Source: Eledone cirrhosa | Lineage: Eukaryota | Reading direction: 5' to 3' | Assembly (NCBI GenBank): GCA_964016885.1 | Contig: OZ024759.1 | Span: 22,072,001 to 22,136,000, forward strand | Length of the DNA: 64,000 nt | In this document: positions 41,105 through 58,175 of the stretch, one piece after another | Position numbering within the stretch: position 1 is the stretch's first letter | Layout: each line of letters starts with the position of its first letter | Position numbers and translations under genes: made by a program | Notes under the pieces: generated by a model | The model's database searches: none | Told to the model about the DNA's origin: nothing | Seen by the model: only the letters and a program-made list of their open reading frames with translations

Positions 41105-41290
41105 ATGTGGATTGGCAGTATTGGTAGAGGGTCTGACACTATGCTTTGCAGCATAGAGTTACGTCCCTTTCTGGTTCAAATCCCGCCGAGGTAAACTTTG
41201 CCTTTCATCCTTATGGGGTCGATAAAATAAAGTACCAGTAATGCACAGGGATAATTGCTGGCCTTGTACCAAAAGTAGAAACAATTATAT
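41105..41290 (+). mobile_element. MetaSINE-like SINE
   Basis: Same head and core as 47301-47492. Confidence 0.8.
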
Positions 41291-42305
41291 ATGTATGTGT
41301 ATGTATGTGCACCTATTTCTCACCCCTCTGCATGTGTGTGTTTGTGTACTATATATGTGTATTTATGTATATGTGTGTGTAAATTATTGTCACTATCTTT
41401 CTTTTTTTCTCTCACCTCTCTCTATATATTATTTACTCAATCTCTCTTTTACTCTCTAAACTCTCTCTCAATATCTTTTACTCTTACTGTACCTTTATTT
41501 TACTCCCATCCATCCCCTCTAGTTTTTTTTTTACTTTCTCACATATCTCCCTATCTCTCTTTTACTCTCTCACTCCTTTCTGTATATCATTTACTCTCTG
41601 TCTCTTTTTTACTCTCTGTTTATCTTCTACTCTTTCTATCTCTTTTTTACTCTTTCAACCCCTCTCTGTATATCTTTTACTCACTCACCCTCTCTCCCCC
41701 CTCTCTCTCTCTATTATTCTATATGATGTCAACAAACCAACACACAACATACATTATATATTAGAAATATTATATAATTAATAACAAAGACTATGTAATA
41801 TAGAAATTATTTTATACAGTTTAAATGTATTACATAATATATAATATTACATGTATATTATATTTTAAATATCTTTATATATGAGTCCAAAGTTCAATCA
41901 GAAGTAACCAGAGTAAGTAAGGTACTCAATACATTAGTATAGTGTTAACAAATTTAATATAGAAATGGTTTCTACAGAACTAGAACTGTTTCATTTGAAG
42001 GTTCAAGGGAAACAGTTCTAGTTCTGTAGAAGCCATTTCTATATCAAATTTGTTTGTTATATCTATCTATATATATCTTTATATTGATTAGTTTACCTGC
42101 TGGCATTTGTTGTTGTGGTTATATACTCTCTCTACATATATCTAGTCAATATGTTCATGGGGTCACACTTATATTACTTTTGGTTGAGAAATTTCTTAAC
42201 TTTTCGCACGATTGAGTGCTTTGTGGATGTGACAAACAATTCGATTGATATCTGCCCTATTGCAGCTTCAGTTTCTTGATGTATACTTAATATAATATAT
42301 ATATA

Positions 42306-42973
42306 CCGTATATGCCAACGTACAAGTTGACATTTGGAGCCTAAAAATATCCCTCCAAAACCAGGAGTCGACTTATCCGCTGAATATAAAATGGGAACCT
42401 TTACCACTGGCAGGTAAACACTGAAACTGACTGCCTAACATTTGTTGTACACCAATTACCATATCTCTAGCAGCCCACCACAATTATTTCCTACTGAATC
42501 TGATATTTGTTAAGTCTGTTTAATAAAGATTATAATAATATCAATGACTTGCTGTAACTCATAGGGTTGGTTACCATAGGGTAGGTTACCATAGAGTAGG
42601 TTACTATAGAGTAGGTTACTATAGAGTAGGTTACTATAGAGTAGGTTACTATAGGGTAGGTTACCATAGAGTATGTTACTATAGGATAGGTTACTATAGG
42701 GTAGATTACCATAGGGTAGGTTACCATAGGTTCATTAAGTTTAGGCTAGGCTAGTTTACTATGTGAGTTAGAACTCACTTGCAATTGAAGTGTTTTAAAA
42801 GAAGTGTCTTAGTCTTTAGAACGCCACTAAATGTTTTTAATTATTTCACCTGCAACTGCTTTATTTTTTGGGAGTCGTCTTATCTGGTGAATATAGGCCT
42901 AAACCTGAATTACACCTCAGAACTTTAGGGGTCGACCTATGCACCGCATCGACTTGTACGCCAGCGTATACAG
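42306..42973. mobile_element. Non-autonomous TcMar-Tc2/pogo-type element (MITE)
   Basis: TA|CCGTATATGCCAACGTACAAGTTGA ... TCGACTTGTACGCCAGCGTATACAG|TA: imperfect TIRs, TA flanks and subterminal GTCGAC repeats. Confidence 0.7.
42560..42730. repeat. 15-bp tandem repeat inside the MITE
   Basis: About 11 copies of ggttactatagagta. Confidence 0.9.
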
Positions 42974-43823
42974 TATATATATATATAATATGTATTTTAT
43001 AATTTATAACATATGCTAGCAGGGATGTTGTTGATGATATGTATTATATTTATAATATATATTGCATAATATATGATATATTTATAATATGTATTGCGTA
43101 ATATATGATAGCTGGAAGATATGAGGTTCAATTCTTCATAGCAGCCGATGGCAACTTCTTTTTCCATCTTTTAAGGGTGTTCACCCTATTTTATAAGCTA
43201 TCTTTATAGCATTTCTCTGCTTGAGCACTTTCTTTATACTTTTATATAATATATACATATATATTTATAATATGTATTGTGTAATTTATGAATTATTATT
43301 ATATAGTATGATATATATCATATATCTATTATCTGTATTAAAAATAATAAAAAATAATAATGAAATTATTGTGTAAAGTGCTCAGGTGCACTACAACTCA
43401 TCAAAGGTGTATGTATAGTACATAGAATAATATACAAATGTCAGGGAAGTGAATAGTGTATGAGTCATGATATACATGTGTGTATGTGTATGGAGGGGGA
43501 ACATTAGGTGTAGTGTTGGCGAATCTGTGTAATAGATTTATAATATATATTGTGTATTACATGATACATATTATATATTTATTGTATGTATTGTGTTATA
43601 TATGATATATGCGGTAGTGATATATATACATCGATTTTGTGGGATGGTGTTTTCTTTGTTAAGGGATTTCATTTTTTTTTTAAATGCATTAAGTTATATA
43701 TATATATAAACGTGGTGAGTATTGTTACACCCCTGGTGGGACCGAAACCAAAAAGAAAGCAGTAAGGTTAACCAGAAAGGGGCTCTTCTGTCAGGAGTGA
43801 GAAGGCCCAGGATTGGATTGAAT

Positions 43824-43862
<39 letters not shown>

Positions 43863-43993
43863 TTGTGTGTGAGTATATATATATATATATATATGCATAT
43901 AATATGTATATATATATATATAATGCATGTGTGTATATATATGCATATAACGTTTGTATAAGTGTATATATATACACATATACACATATACAT

Positions 43994-44039
<46 letters not shown>

Positions 44040-44420
44040 TCATCATCATCGTTTAACGTCTATGATGATGATGATGATATATATATATATATGTAAACAT
44101 GTATATGTGTATATGTATATATATATACACACATTATATGCATATATATATACACACATGCATTATATATATATATATATATATATATTTATTTATACAT
44201 CACAAAATATGTATATATGTGTAATGCATATTATATAAATTATATTTTATATATATTGTATATTTTATATGTAATATATGATATATCTATATATTTATAT
44301 GTATTTTGTAACATATATAATATATTTATTTATTTTATGTGTACTGTGTTATATATGATATTATATATTTTATATGTTTTTTGTAATATATATGATATAT
44401 TTATATATTGTTATACATAT

Positions 44421-44746
44421 TGGCGCATGGTTAGAGCATTGGCCTTGCAATCGAAAGGTTGTGAGTTCAATTCTCAGACCGGGTGATGTGTTGTTTCCTT
44501 GAGCAAGACACTTTATTTCACATTGCTCCAGTTTACTCAGCTGTAGAAATGAGATGATAGGGACTGGGGTCCATATCATTCCACTGCAAAGTGGTCGTGG
44601 AGGTGCCACAGCAAAAAAAAGCACCCAGCACTCACTGTAAATGAGGTTGGAAGGGCATCCAGCTGTAGAAATCAAGCCAGAATCAGTTCCCGTCCCACGC
44701 TTGCAAGCAGGGAGAAGCGGACGTAAAATGATGATGATGATGATGA
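44421..44746 (+). mobile_element. tRNA-headed SINE with RTE tail
   Basis: Head tggttagagcattggcc..gagttcaattc, core ccttgagcaagacact, tail ttgcaagcagggagaagcggacgtaaa(atg)n. Confidence 0.85.
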
Positions 44747-44793
44747 TATATTTGTGATTTTCTTTCTGATCAGTTGTTTGCGAGTTCAATAAT

Positions 44794-44865
44794 TTAGTTT
44801 TCCCATTTTGCAATTTGTCGTATAATTTGGTTCATAAAAATTAATGTCATGCTCAGTAACACAAT
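44794..44865 (-). CDS. TspanC8-type tetraspanin exon 7 (end of TM4, stop)
   Basis: tttattttcag|ATT; IVLLSMTLIFMNQIIRQIAKWEN*. Confidence 0.85.
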   Translation of the reverse strand: MVLLSMTLIFMNQIIRQIAKWEN

Positions 44866-45865
44866 CTGAAAATAAACAGAATGTAACTATTAACATACAT
44901 TAACAGTTTACTACATAAAAGTTTGGAAAATTTAACCATTTCTTTACCATATGAAATACACTGTTTCAATAAATGAGTGAGGAATTTTTGAGGTATTTGA
45001 AATAGGTGACTTTGTTTCAATGAAACTCTAGGCAGTTTTTGGTTGGGTTGGGTTGGTCTGGTATCATTTGGGTTAATAAAGAATTTTGAGGGATTTGAAA
45101 TGGGGGATTTTCTTTCAGTGATCTTTTAGGCAGTTTTAGTTGGGTCGGTATCAAATGAGTTAATGAAGAATTTAGAGGAATTTTGGTCTCTTTTTATTAG
45201 TATTAAATTTGTTTGACATTACCTATAGAGTTGGGGTTTCTATTAGTTAGTATTAAATAGTTTAACATTATCTATACAGTTGATGTATGTGTTGATTAGT
45301 ATCAAATAGAATTTTCAATAAGACATTCTAATCTTATAACAAAAAGGCAGTGAATTAGCAGAGTCATTAGAACGTCAGAGAGAAAGCTTTGAGGTATTCA
45401 TTCAGGCTCTCTGAGTTCAAATCCCACTGAGGCCAACTTTGCCTTTCATCCATTCAAGGTCGATAAAAAAAGTACCATTCTAGTACTAGGATCAATTCTT
45501 CCTCTATATCTCTTTCTCTGGAAGAAATCTTTTGTATTCAGACCTGGGGAGGAGATGGGCTATGCCAGGTTTAAAAATGCCTTAGAAATACTGTATCTCA
45601 ATGCAGTGCTCCTACGATTCCCACAGGAGTTAGGGGACCATACCATACCATATATATCTTTCTCACTTCCATTCTTGCACTCTCTATCTTTCTTTGGAAG
45701 AAATCTGCTGTGTTCAGACCTGAATAGGATATGGGCTCCACCAGGTTTTTAAAAAATGCCCTAGAAACGCTATATGTCAATGTAGTGCCCCAACAACTCC
45801 CTCTGGAGTTACAGGACCATACATATATGCACACAATCTTATAAAAGTAAAACCAAATGACTCAC

Positions 45866-45979
45866 CTGTGGAATTATAATACCAAGACAGACAGCAACTA
45901 TAGACAATCCATTTTTGACCGTGAATGTATGAAATGCTTTTAAACAGCCTTGCATGTAGATTTTATCTTGTACATCAAT
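45866..45979 (-). CDS. Tetraspanin exon 6
   Basis: ttctcttag| ... |gtgagt; IDVQDKIYMQGCLKAFHTFTVKNGLSIVAVCLGIIIPQ (IY..GC motif). Confidence 0.92.
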
Positions 45980-46019
45980 CTAAGAGAAGAAAATATAGTA
46001 GATGCATTAGAATGTCCCT

Positions 46020-46272
46020 CTAATGACGGATGCTCTCTAAGCTGTTAATCCTCACCTCTCTAATAAAGTGTGCTCTCTAAATACTGGTCTCACCTCTCTA
46101 ATAAAGTGTGCTCTCTAAATGCTGGTCTCACCTCTCTAATAAAGTGTGCTCTCTAAATGCTGGTCTCACCTCTCTAATAAAGGGTGCTCTCCAATCTGTT
46201 AGTCCTCACCTAGCTAATAATGGGTGCTCTCCAAAGTGTTATTCCTTTGTTCTCTAATGAAGGATGCTCTCC
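46020..46272. repeat. 38-bp minisatellite, about 6 copies
   Basis: ctcacctctctaataaagtgtgctctctaaatgctggt at 46051, 46089 and 46127. Confidence 0.85.
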
Positions 46273-46466
46273 AGCCTGTTAGCCTGTGCTATTCGTTTTT
46301 TTTTTTTACTGTTTAGTCAGGGAGTTTAGAAGGAAGATGGAGAAAGACGAAAGCATAGAAAGGGAATGAAATGTAGAAATTATGAGAGAAAAAGAGAGAG
46401 GGGGTAGAGAGAGAGTGAGAGAGAGGTATAGAGAGAGTGAGAGGGGAGTAGAGAGAGAATACTTAC

Positions 46467-46511
46467 AGGTCTTTGTCTTAGAACATCATCCACACATGTA
46501 GCATTGGCTCC
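46467..46511 (-). CDS. Tetraspanin exon 5 (45 nt)
   Basis: aattaaaag|GGA...CCT|gtaagt; GANATCVDDVLRQRP supplies the 7th EC2 Cys (compare NTQCGYDV in Tspan5). The acceptor is weak. Confidence 0.75.
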
Positions 46512-46567
46512 CTTTTAATTTAACCAGAATTTCAGCATCAAATAAAGAAAGAAAGAGAAGAGGGGAT

Positions 46568-46666
46568 CACCATCATCATCATTATCATTATCACCACCAT
46601 CATCATCATCATCATCATCATCACCATCATCCTCACCATCACCACCACCACCATCATCATCATTAT

Positions 46667-46698
<32 letters not shown>

Positions 46699-46742
46699 TT
46701 ACCACCACCACCACCACCACCACCATCATCATCATTACCACC

Positions 46743-46776
<34 letters not shown>

Positions 46777-46785
46777 TCAGCATCA
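46568..46785. repeat. (CAT/CAC)n trinucleotide tract
   Basis: Directly visible; intronic. Confidence 0.9.
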
Positions 46786-47109
46786 CTTTACAGAGTGCAC
46801 TGTGTATATTTTATCATGACACTAGCACTATCATTTTACAGAGAGTACTGGGTGCATTTAATCATGGTTCCAGCACTACCACTTTACCGAGTGCACTGTG
46901 TATATTTTGTCATGGCAAAGTACTACCACTTTACAGAGTGTACTGGATGCATTTTATCATGGTACCAGTACTGTCACTTTATAGTATGAGCTAAGTGAAT
47001 TTTATTGTGGCACCAATTCTACCACTTTACAGTGAGGGCTGAGTGCATTTTTATACAGTACTAGTACCATTTGTATAAAATACCATTTTTATATAATACC
47101 ATTTCTATA

Positions 47110-47492
47110 TACCATTGGTAGAGCGTCAGACACCATGCTTTGCAGCATAGAGTTACTGCCCTTTATGCTCTGAGTTCAAATCCCGCCGAGGTTAACTTTG
47201 CCTTTCATCCTTACGGAGTCGATAAAATAAAGCACCAGTAATGCACAGGGGTAATTGCTAACCTTGTGCCAAAAGTAGAAACAAGTATTATTATTATCAA
47301 TGGCGGTGGATTGGCAGTATCGGTAGAGGGTCGGACGCCATGCTTTCCAGCATAGTTACGTCCCTTTACGATCTGAGTTCAAATCCCGCCGAGGTTGACT
47401 TTGCCTTTCATCCTTACGGGGTCGATAAAATAAAGTACCAGTAATGCACTGGGTAATTGCTGGCCTTGTGCCTAAAGTAGAAACAATTATTA
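47110..47492 (+). mobile_element. Two tandem MetaSINE-like SINEs
   Basis: A full copy at 47301-47492 (tggcggtggattggcagtatcggtagag...gttcaaatcc...acaattattat), preceded by a second copy. Confidence 0.85.
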
Positions 47493-47636
47493 TCAATCTC
47501 TACACCCCAAGATGATGGTCACAAAAACATATATTTCTTCCATGGTAAAAACAAATGAATCAAAGACATTCAGAAAATACCCTGAATTTATGGTGAGAGA
47601 GATGTAAAGAAATCTGGTTGTATCAAACATACAAAC

Positions 47637-47774
47637 CTTTGATAAATTGCAGCATGATGTTGGTACTGTACAAGCAAAGACATTGGATGACTTGGAGAGA
47701 TCACAATTAAACTGATGCACTTGTTGCCAATCTCTGTAACCTTCATCACTATCTGATAATCCACAACAGTGGAA
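47637..47774 (-). CDS. Tetraspanin exon 4 (CCG / EC2)
   Basis: ttttggacag|TTC ... AAG|gtttgt; FHCCGLSDSDEGYRDWQQVHQFNCDLSKSSNVFACTVPTSCCNLSK (CCG, DW, FNC and PxSCC motifs). Confidence 0.95.
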
Positions 47775-48207
47775 CTGTCCAAAATATACAAGGGGGATGG
47801 GGTGTTAGATATATTTATAATGGAAAAAGTGTGATAACCCACAACAGTGGAGCTGTCCAAAATATACAAGGGGGATGGGATGTTATATATATTTATAATG
47901 GAAAAAGTGTGATAACCCACAACAGTGGAGCTGTCCAAAATATACAAGGGGGGTGGGGTGTTATATATATTTATAATGGAAAAAGTGTGATAACCCACAA
48001 CAGTGGAGCTGTCCAAAATATACAAGGGGGATGGGATGTTATATATATTTATAATGGAAAAAGTGTGATAACCCACAACAGTGGAGCTGTCCAAAATATA
48101 CAAGGGGGGTGGGGTGTTATATATATTTATAATGGAAAAAGTATGATAACCCACAACAGTGGAGCTGTCCAAAATATACAAGGGGTGTTATATATATTTA
48201 AAATGGA
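47754..48207. repeat. 78-bp minisatellite (about 5.8 copies) overlapping the exon 4 acceptor
   Basis: ccacaacagtgga(a/g)ctgtccaaaatataca at 47761, 47839, 47917, 47995, 48073 and 48151. Confidence 0.95.
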
Positions 48208-48311
48208 AATCATCATCATCATCATCATGGTTTAGCATCCATTTTCCACGGTAGTGGTGGTGATGGTGGTAATGATGATGATGATGAAACCAAGACTTCA
48301 GAATCACTTAC

Positions 48312-48512
48312 CAATTCCTGCAACATATCCACAGAGTTGACAGTAAAGTCATCAGAAGGTACCGAAAGAGGATAGTTTTTCATAGCTTCCCAAAAAGATT
48401 TTTTCGGAAAAAACTCAATATTCTTCCGTGAGCTTGGTACAAATATATACACTAAAACTACAATACTTAATATTGTTTGTCCAAGCAGCAGCAAAATTTC
48501 CATGTACTTGTA
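48312..48512 (-). CDS. Tetraspanin exon 3 (TM3, start of EC2)
   Basis: ttcaattccag|TAC ... TTG|gtaagt; YKYMEILLLLGQTILSIVVLVYIFVP...VDMLQEL. Confidence 0.9.
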
Positions 48513-48788
48513 CTGGAATTGAAAGAAATAGAAGAAATATGTTTTACTATTTTATATATACATATATATAGAGTAATAATAATAATAAATGTGAAGACTA
48601 AAATCCGAAGAGGGCTCAATAAGGATAATATATATATCAAAATATATAAAACCATAGAGCAAATATTTATTAAAATAACAGATTAGTTTAAGCAACGAAT
48701 CGCTACTTTCACCCTTTCATAAGATCCTGTTAAGGGTGAAAGCAACAATTCTTTGCTTAAACTTTAATCTGTTATTTTAATAAATATA

Positions 48789-48841
<53 letters not shown>

Positions 48842-49130
48842 ATATATATGTGTGTGTGTGTGTATATATATGTGTGTGTGTGTGTATATATATGTGTATA
48901 TATATGGACGTGTAGGTGCCACGGAAAAAAAGTACCGACTGAAAAAAAGCACCCAGCTGTAAATGAGGTTGGTGTTAGGAAGGGCATCCAGCTGTAGAAA
49001 TAAAGCCAGAATCTGGTTCCACATGAGCAAGACAAGGTCAGCCAACCGGACACTGCCCACAACAGGACAACCGATCTAACTCATGCTTGCGTGGAAGAAT
49101 GGACGTAAAACGGTGATGATGATGATGAGG

Positions 49131-54062
<4,932 letters not shown>

Positions 54063-54063
54063 A

Positions 54064-54812
54064 TGGGAGTAACCGTGGACAGCAACATAAGCTGGACCAC
54101 GCATATAAGCAGCAAAGTTGACATGGCCCGCAGAATGTGTTCCTGGATCCTCAGAACCTTCCAGTCGAGAGATTCCCGCACCATTATCCTTCTCTTCTCT
54201 ACTTTCGCCCGACCACACCTTGAATACTGTTGTCCACTGTGGTCTCCCCACACGAAACAAAGTATCATGAAACTTGAAGCTCCTCAAAGGGCAATCACGA
54301 AAAAGATAGATGGCATGTCAGACCTTGACTACTGGGGTCGATTAGAAAACCTGAAACTTTACTCACTCCAACGTCGCCGTGAGCGTTATATTATCTGCAT
54401 GATGTGGAAAATGTTCCATCATCACTGCCCAAATGATGTTGGCATCGCCTTCAAGATACACCCAAGGCTTGGGCCCCGTGCTATCCGTCCCATTCAAAAA
54501 TCTAAATCGCAACTCATAACAACAATACGGCACAATTATTTCACCTCAATCGGCCCTGCTCTCTTCAACATCACACCAGGACACGTCAAAACAGAAACTG
54601 ACCACACAAAATTCAAGAAGTCTTTGGACAAATTCCTCCAAGTAATCCCGGACAAACCACCCACACCCGGATATGTCTCCGCAAACAGTAATTCTCTTCT
54701 CGAATGGGCCATGGTGCCCAAATCCTGAATTGAAAGACTTCGCCAGGTGGTGCTATTAAGTTAGACATGGCCTGGGCCAATACTGGCCAAAACATTTCAA
54801 AGTTATTCAAAG
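54064..54812 (+). mobile_element. CR1-group LINE 3' fragment (open RT thumb/C-terminus plus 3' UTR)
   Basis: [39 protein letters not shown] is open to the stop at 54728; short repeat tail tcaaagttat. Confidence 0.92.
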
Positions 54813-54967
54813 TTATATATGTATATATATATGTATATATATATGTATATATATATATATGTATGTATATATATATGTATATATATATGTATATATATGT
54901 ATATATATATATGTATGTATATATATATGTATATATATATGTATATATATATGTATATATATATATG

Positions 54968-55001
<34 letters not shown>

Positions 55002-55531
55002 TATGTGTATATATATATATGTGTATATATATATATGTATATATATATATATGTGTATATATATATATGTATATATATATATGTATATATATATGTATAT
55101 ATATATATACATATATGTATATATATATATACATATATGTATATATATATACATATATATATATACATATATGTATATACATGCATATATATATGTGTGT
55201 GTGTGTTAAGAATTTCCATAGAAAAGGTAAAGGAAAGTAGAGAGCTCTATGTATATTACAGAGCTATTTAATTATGTAACAAACAACACAATATAATTAT
55301 GCTATTGCCCAAGGGTTCACGAAGTTAGACAATTCTAACAGAAACGTCTGTTTCGTTCATCAGATGAAATATCTATGTTATGGATATAAGATATGAAATT
55401 AAAATCTATTACAAATGAAAGTGAGGCTGAATTAAAATACTTTACAGCATGTACTGTGTGTGTTTATCGTGTAGATCACCAGCACTCTATATTATATATA
55501 TGCGTGTGTATGTATGTGTGTGTATACTCAC

Positions 55532-55714
55532 CGCATACAGAATCCTGAGGTTTTCTCTTATGGATCCCATAAACCCAACGAAGGACACAGCACTTACAGT
55601 AATTCCAACAATACATATGATTACGTTTAGCTTCCAGATTTTCTCTATGGAGTACAGATTTGAAGTTGATGCCAAGCTATGGATAGCATAGGCAATTAAG
55701 AAAAGTCCAATACA
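55532..55714 (-). CDS. Tetraspanin exon 2 (end of TM1, EC1, TM2)
   Basis: ctaatttcag|TGT ... GCG|gtgagt; ends ...SFVGFMGSIRENLRILYA (G..G..REN motif). Confidence 0.93.
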
Positions 55715-56921
55715 CTGAAATTAGAAAATGAAAAAAAAAATTTGTTGATAAAGATTCAAAGATATAAAGTACCAGAAATACACTGGGTTCAATTTAATTG
55801 ATTATCCCTACTTCTCTTGAAATTGATGGCCTTGTGTTGTATCAAATGTAGAAACAATTCTGATAATAATGGTTGATTTCTAATTTAGGCACAAAGTCAG
55901 CAATTTAAAGGCTGGAGGGTAAAGTTGAATATATGAACCTCCAGTTTTTGACTGGTACTTTATTGTATCAAAGGCAAAAAATTGGCAGAGTCATTAGAAT
56001 GTCGGATAGAATGGTTTGTAATATTCGTTCCAGCTCTCTGTTCTCTTTGTTCAAGTCCTGCTGAGGTTAACTTGGCTTTTTATCCTTTTGAGGTCAATAA
56101 AAAAATACCAGTCTAGTACTGGAGTTGATTTTTCCTCTTTATCTTGATCTCATTTTCTATCCTTTTCTGGAAGAAATCTGCTGCGATCAGACCTGGAGAA
56201 GAGATGGGCTCTGCCAGCTTTAAAAATGCCCAAGAAATACTGTATGTCACTATGGCACTACTACAACTCCACCAGGAGTTATGGAACAGGACCATACCAT
56301 ACCATATATCACTTTTTCACTTCCTCTTTCTCACTTTCTATCCTTTTCTAGAAGAAATCTGCTGTGTTCAGACCTGGAGAGGGTTGGGCTCCACCAGCTT
56401 AAAAATGCCCAAGAAATGGCCTATGTCACTATGGCACTATTACGACTCCACCAGGATGAACCCTTTAGTATTTACATTACTCCATATTTACTATTGTATT
56501 TTCACAGAAAAGGCTTTACCTCACATAATTATCTCATATAATATCGAATCTACAAGATTTTGATATTATTTATTTTGAGAACAATACCTTAACATCAGTT
56601 ACAGCCAGTTTGAACAGAAAGAGGTAAGAGAATTCTGGCCGGATATGACCGGTTTAAATGCTAAAGGGTTAACAGGACCATGCATACATTATTGTATCAA
56701 CCTTAGAAGGATGAAAAGCAAAGTTGACCATGGCATGATTTGAACTCAGTATGTAGTGATCCAGAACAAACACTGCTAAGCACTTGTCTGACTGGACTGG
56801 GTAATTAATATAATATGTTCCGTAAACTTGGCCCTCAACAGATCTCAATGGCAGCACAAGAATTTTCTCATGCTATTTTCTCACACCTATTCTCTCGGAT
56901 TTTTCCTTTCTCTCTCTCTCC

Positions 56922-56992
<71 letters not shown>

Positions 56993-57824
56993 CTTTTTCT
57001 GTCTCTCGCTTTCTCCCCCCGCTCTCTCAATCTTCTATCCTCTCTCCTCTCTTTCCCTCTTCCCCCTCTCTCTCTCACATAGTCTCTCTCACTCTTTCTC
57101 TCACATAGTCTCTCTCCCTCTCCCCCCTCTCTCTCTAACCTTGAGAATAATCAACTGCAATAATAGCTATGTATGTGTGAATATAACCAGCTAAGATGGT
57201 ACCCAAACAAGAAAAATATAGCCTTCTGAACTCTCTGCATACAATAAATCAGTGGCCTACAATGTGTTTACTGTGCCTGTGCTGACACCAACATTTGGAC
57301 TACTTCACTTGACCCTAGATGTGACCCAAAAACACACAGGTCTCAAATAATCGTCCCTGCCACTTTGCATATTAATTTTCCATACCCACCTCCTGCTTAT
57401 TAGATTTTGCTAATCTATCTCCACCGAAATTTTATTTTAAGTGGTTGCATTCCTGTGACAATTTTCTTTAGACAATAAAAAACATTATTCATGACAATAA
57501 AAGTACATTACTAGAAATCTCATACGTTATAAAATAAATAGGATGGGTCGGGGTCTCAATATGTAAACTAAACGACTTCTGGTTTTTACAAAAAAAAAAA
57601 TCAAAGGAGACAACCTAGAAAAATTATCGATTGCCGCCTCTCCCTAATTCCACCCACTTATTGCGCCCCCTCCCCCCTTATTCCTTCCGATTATTCCACC
57701 CGCTTATTCCACCCCCGCTTATTTCACCTGCTTATTCCTACCCCCCCCCCCACCACTTATTCCCCCTCCCTCTATTATTTTGGGATCCGAGAGTACATAC
57801 AAAATAAGCACTAAACCCCAAAAG

Positions 57825-57925
57825 AACAACAACAACAATAACAGCAGCAACAACAACAGCAACAATAACAACAACAACAACAGCAACAGCAACAGCAACA
57901 ACGGCAGCAACAACAGCAGCAACAA

Positions 57926-57957
<32 letters not shown>

Positions 57958-57995
57958 ACAACAGCAGCGACAGCAACAACAACAACAAAAATAAC
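57825..57995. repeat. (CAA/CAG)n tract just inside tetraspanin intron 1
   Basis: Directly visible; lies beyond the donor at 58019. Confidence 0.9.
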
Positions 57996-58019
57996 AAACA
58001 AACAAAATGGAGGACTTAC

Positions 58020-58175
58020 AGTAAATGAAATAAAGTTGATGATGAAAATCAAAACTTTTAAATAAATATTAACTTCTGATTCCTCTTTGACAAGTTTCTT
58101 TTCCAGATCTTTCTCAGCAGGGTTTAACTCTCTCATCCATGACTTCTCTGGAACTTTCAATGTAAAGACACCCAT
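58020..58175 (-). CDS. Tetraspanin exon 1
   Basis: aaaATGg; MGVFTLKVPEKSWMRELNPAEKDLEKKLVKEESEVNIYLKVLIFIINFISFT|gtaagt (compare EVSCCIKYFIFGFN in Tspan5). Confidence 0.85.

Noticed and set aside
47301-47392. tRNA-like A and B boxes in SINE heads
   Set aside because: No cloverleaf; continuous with the SINE core and tail, so not tRNA genes.
47588-48181. 197-aa ORF with 26-aa repeats
   Set aside because: An alternative frame of the 78-bp repeat; the tetraspanin frame has stops in every decoy unit.
55343-55375. CUGAUGA..GAAAC on the minus strand
   Set aside because: No stem II (only 2 nt between the core halves); at best a deleted relic.
57719-58028. Poly-L, poly-N and poly-C ORFs
   Set aside because: Intronic (CAA/CAG)n beyond the GTAAGT donor at 58019.
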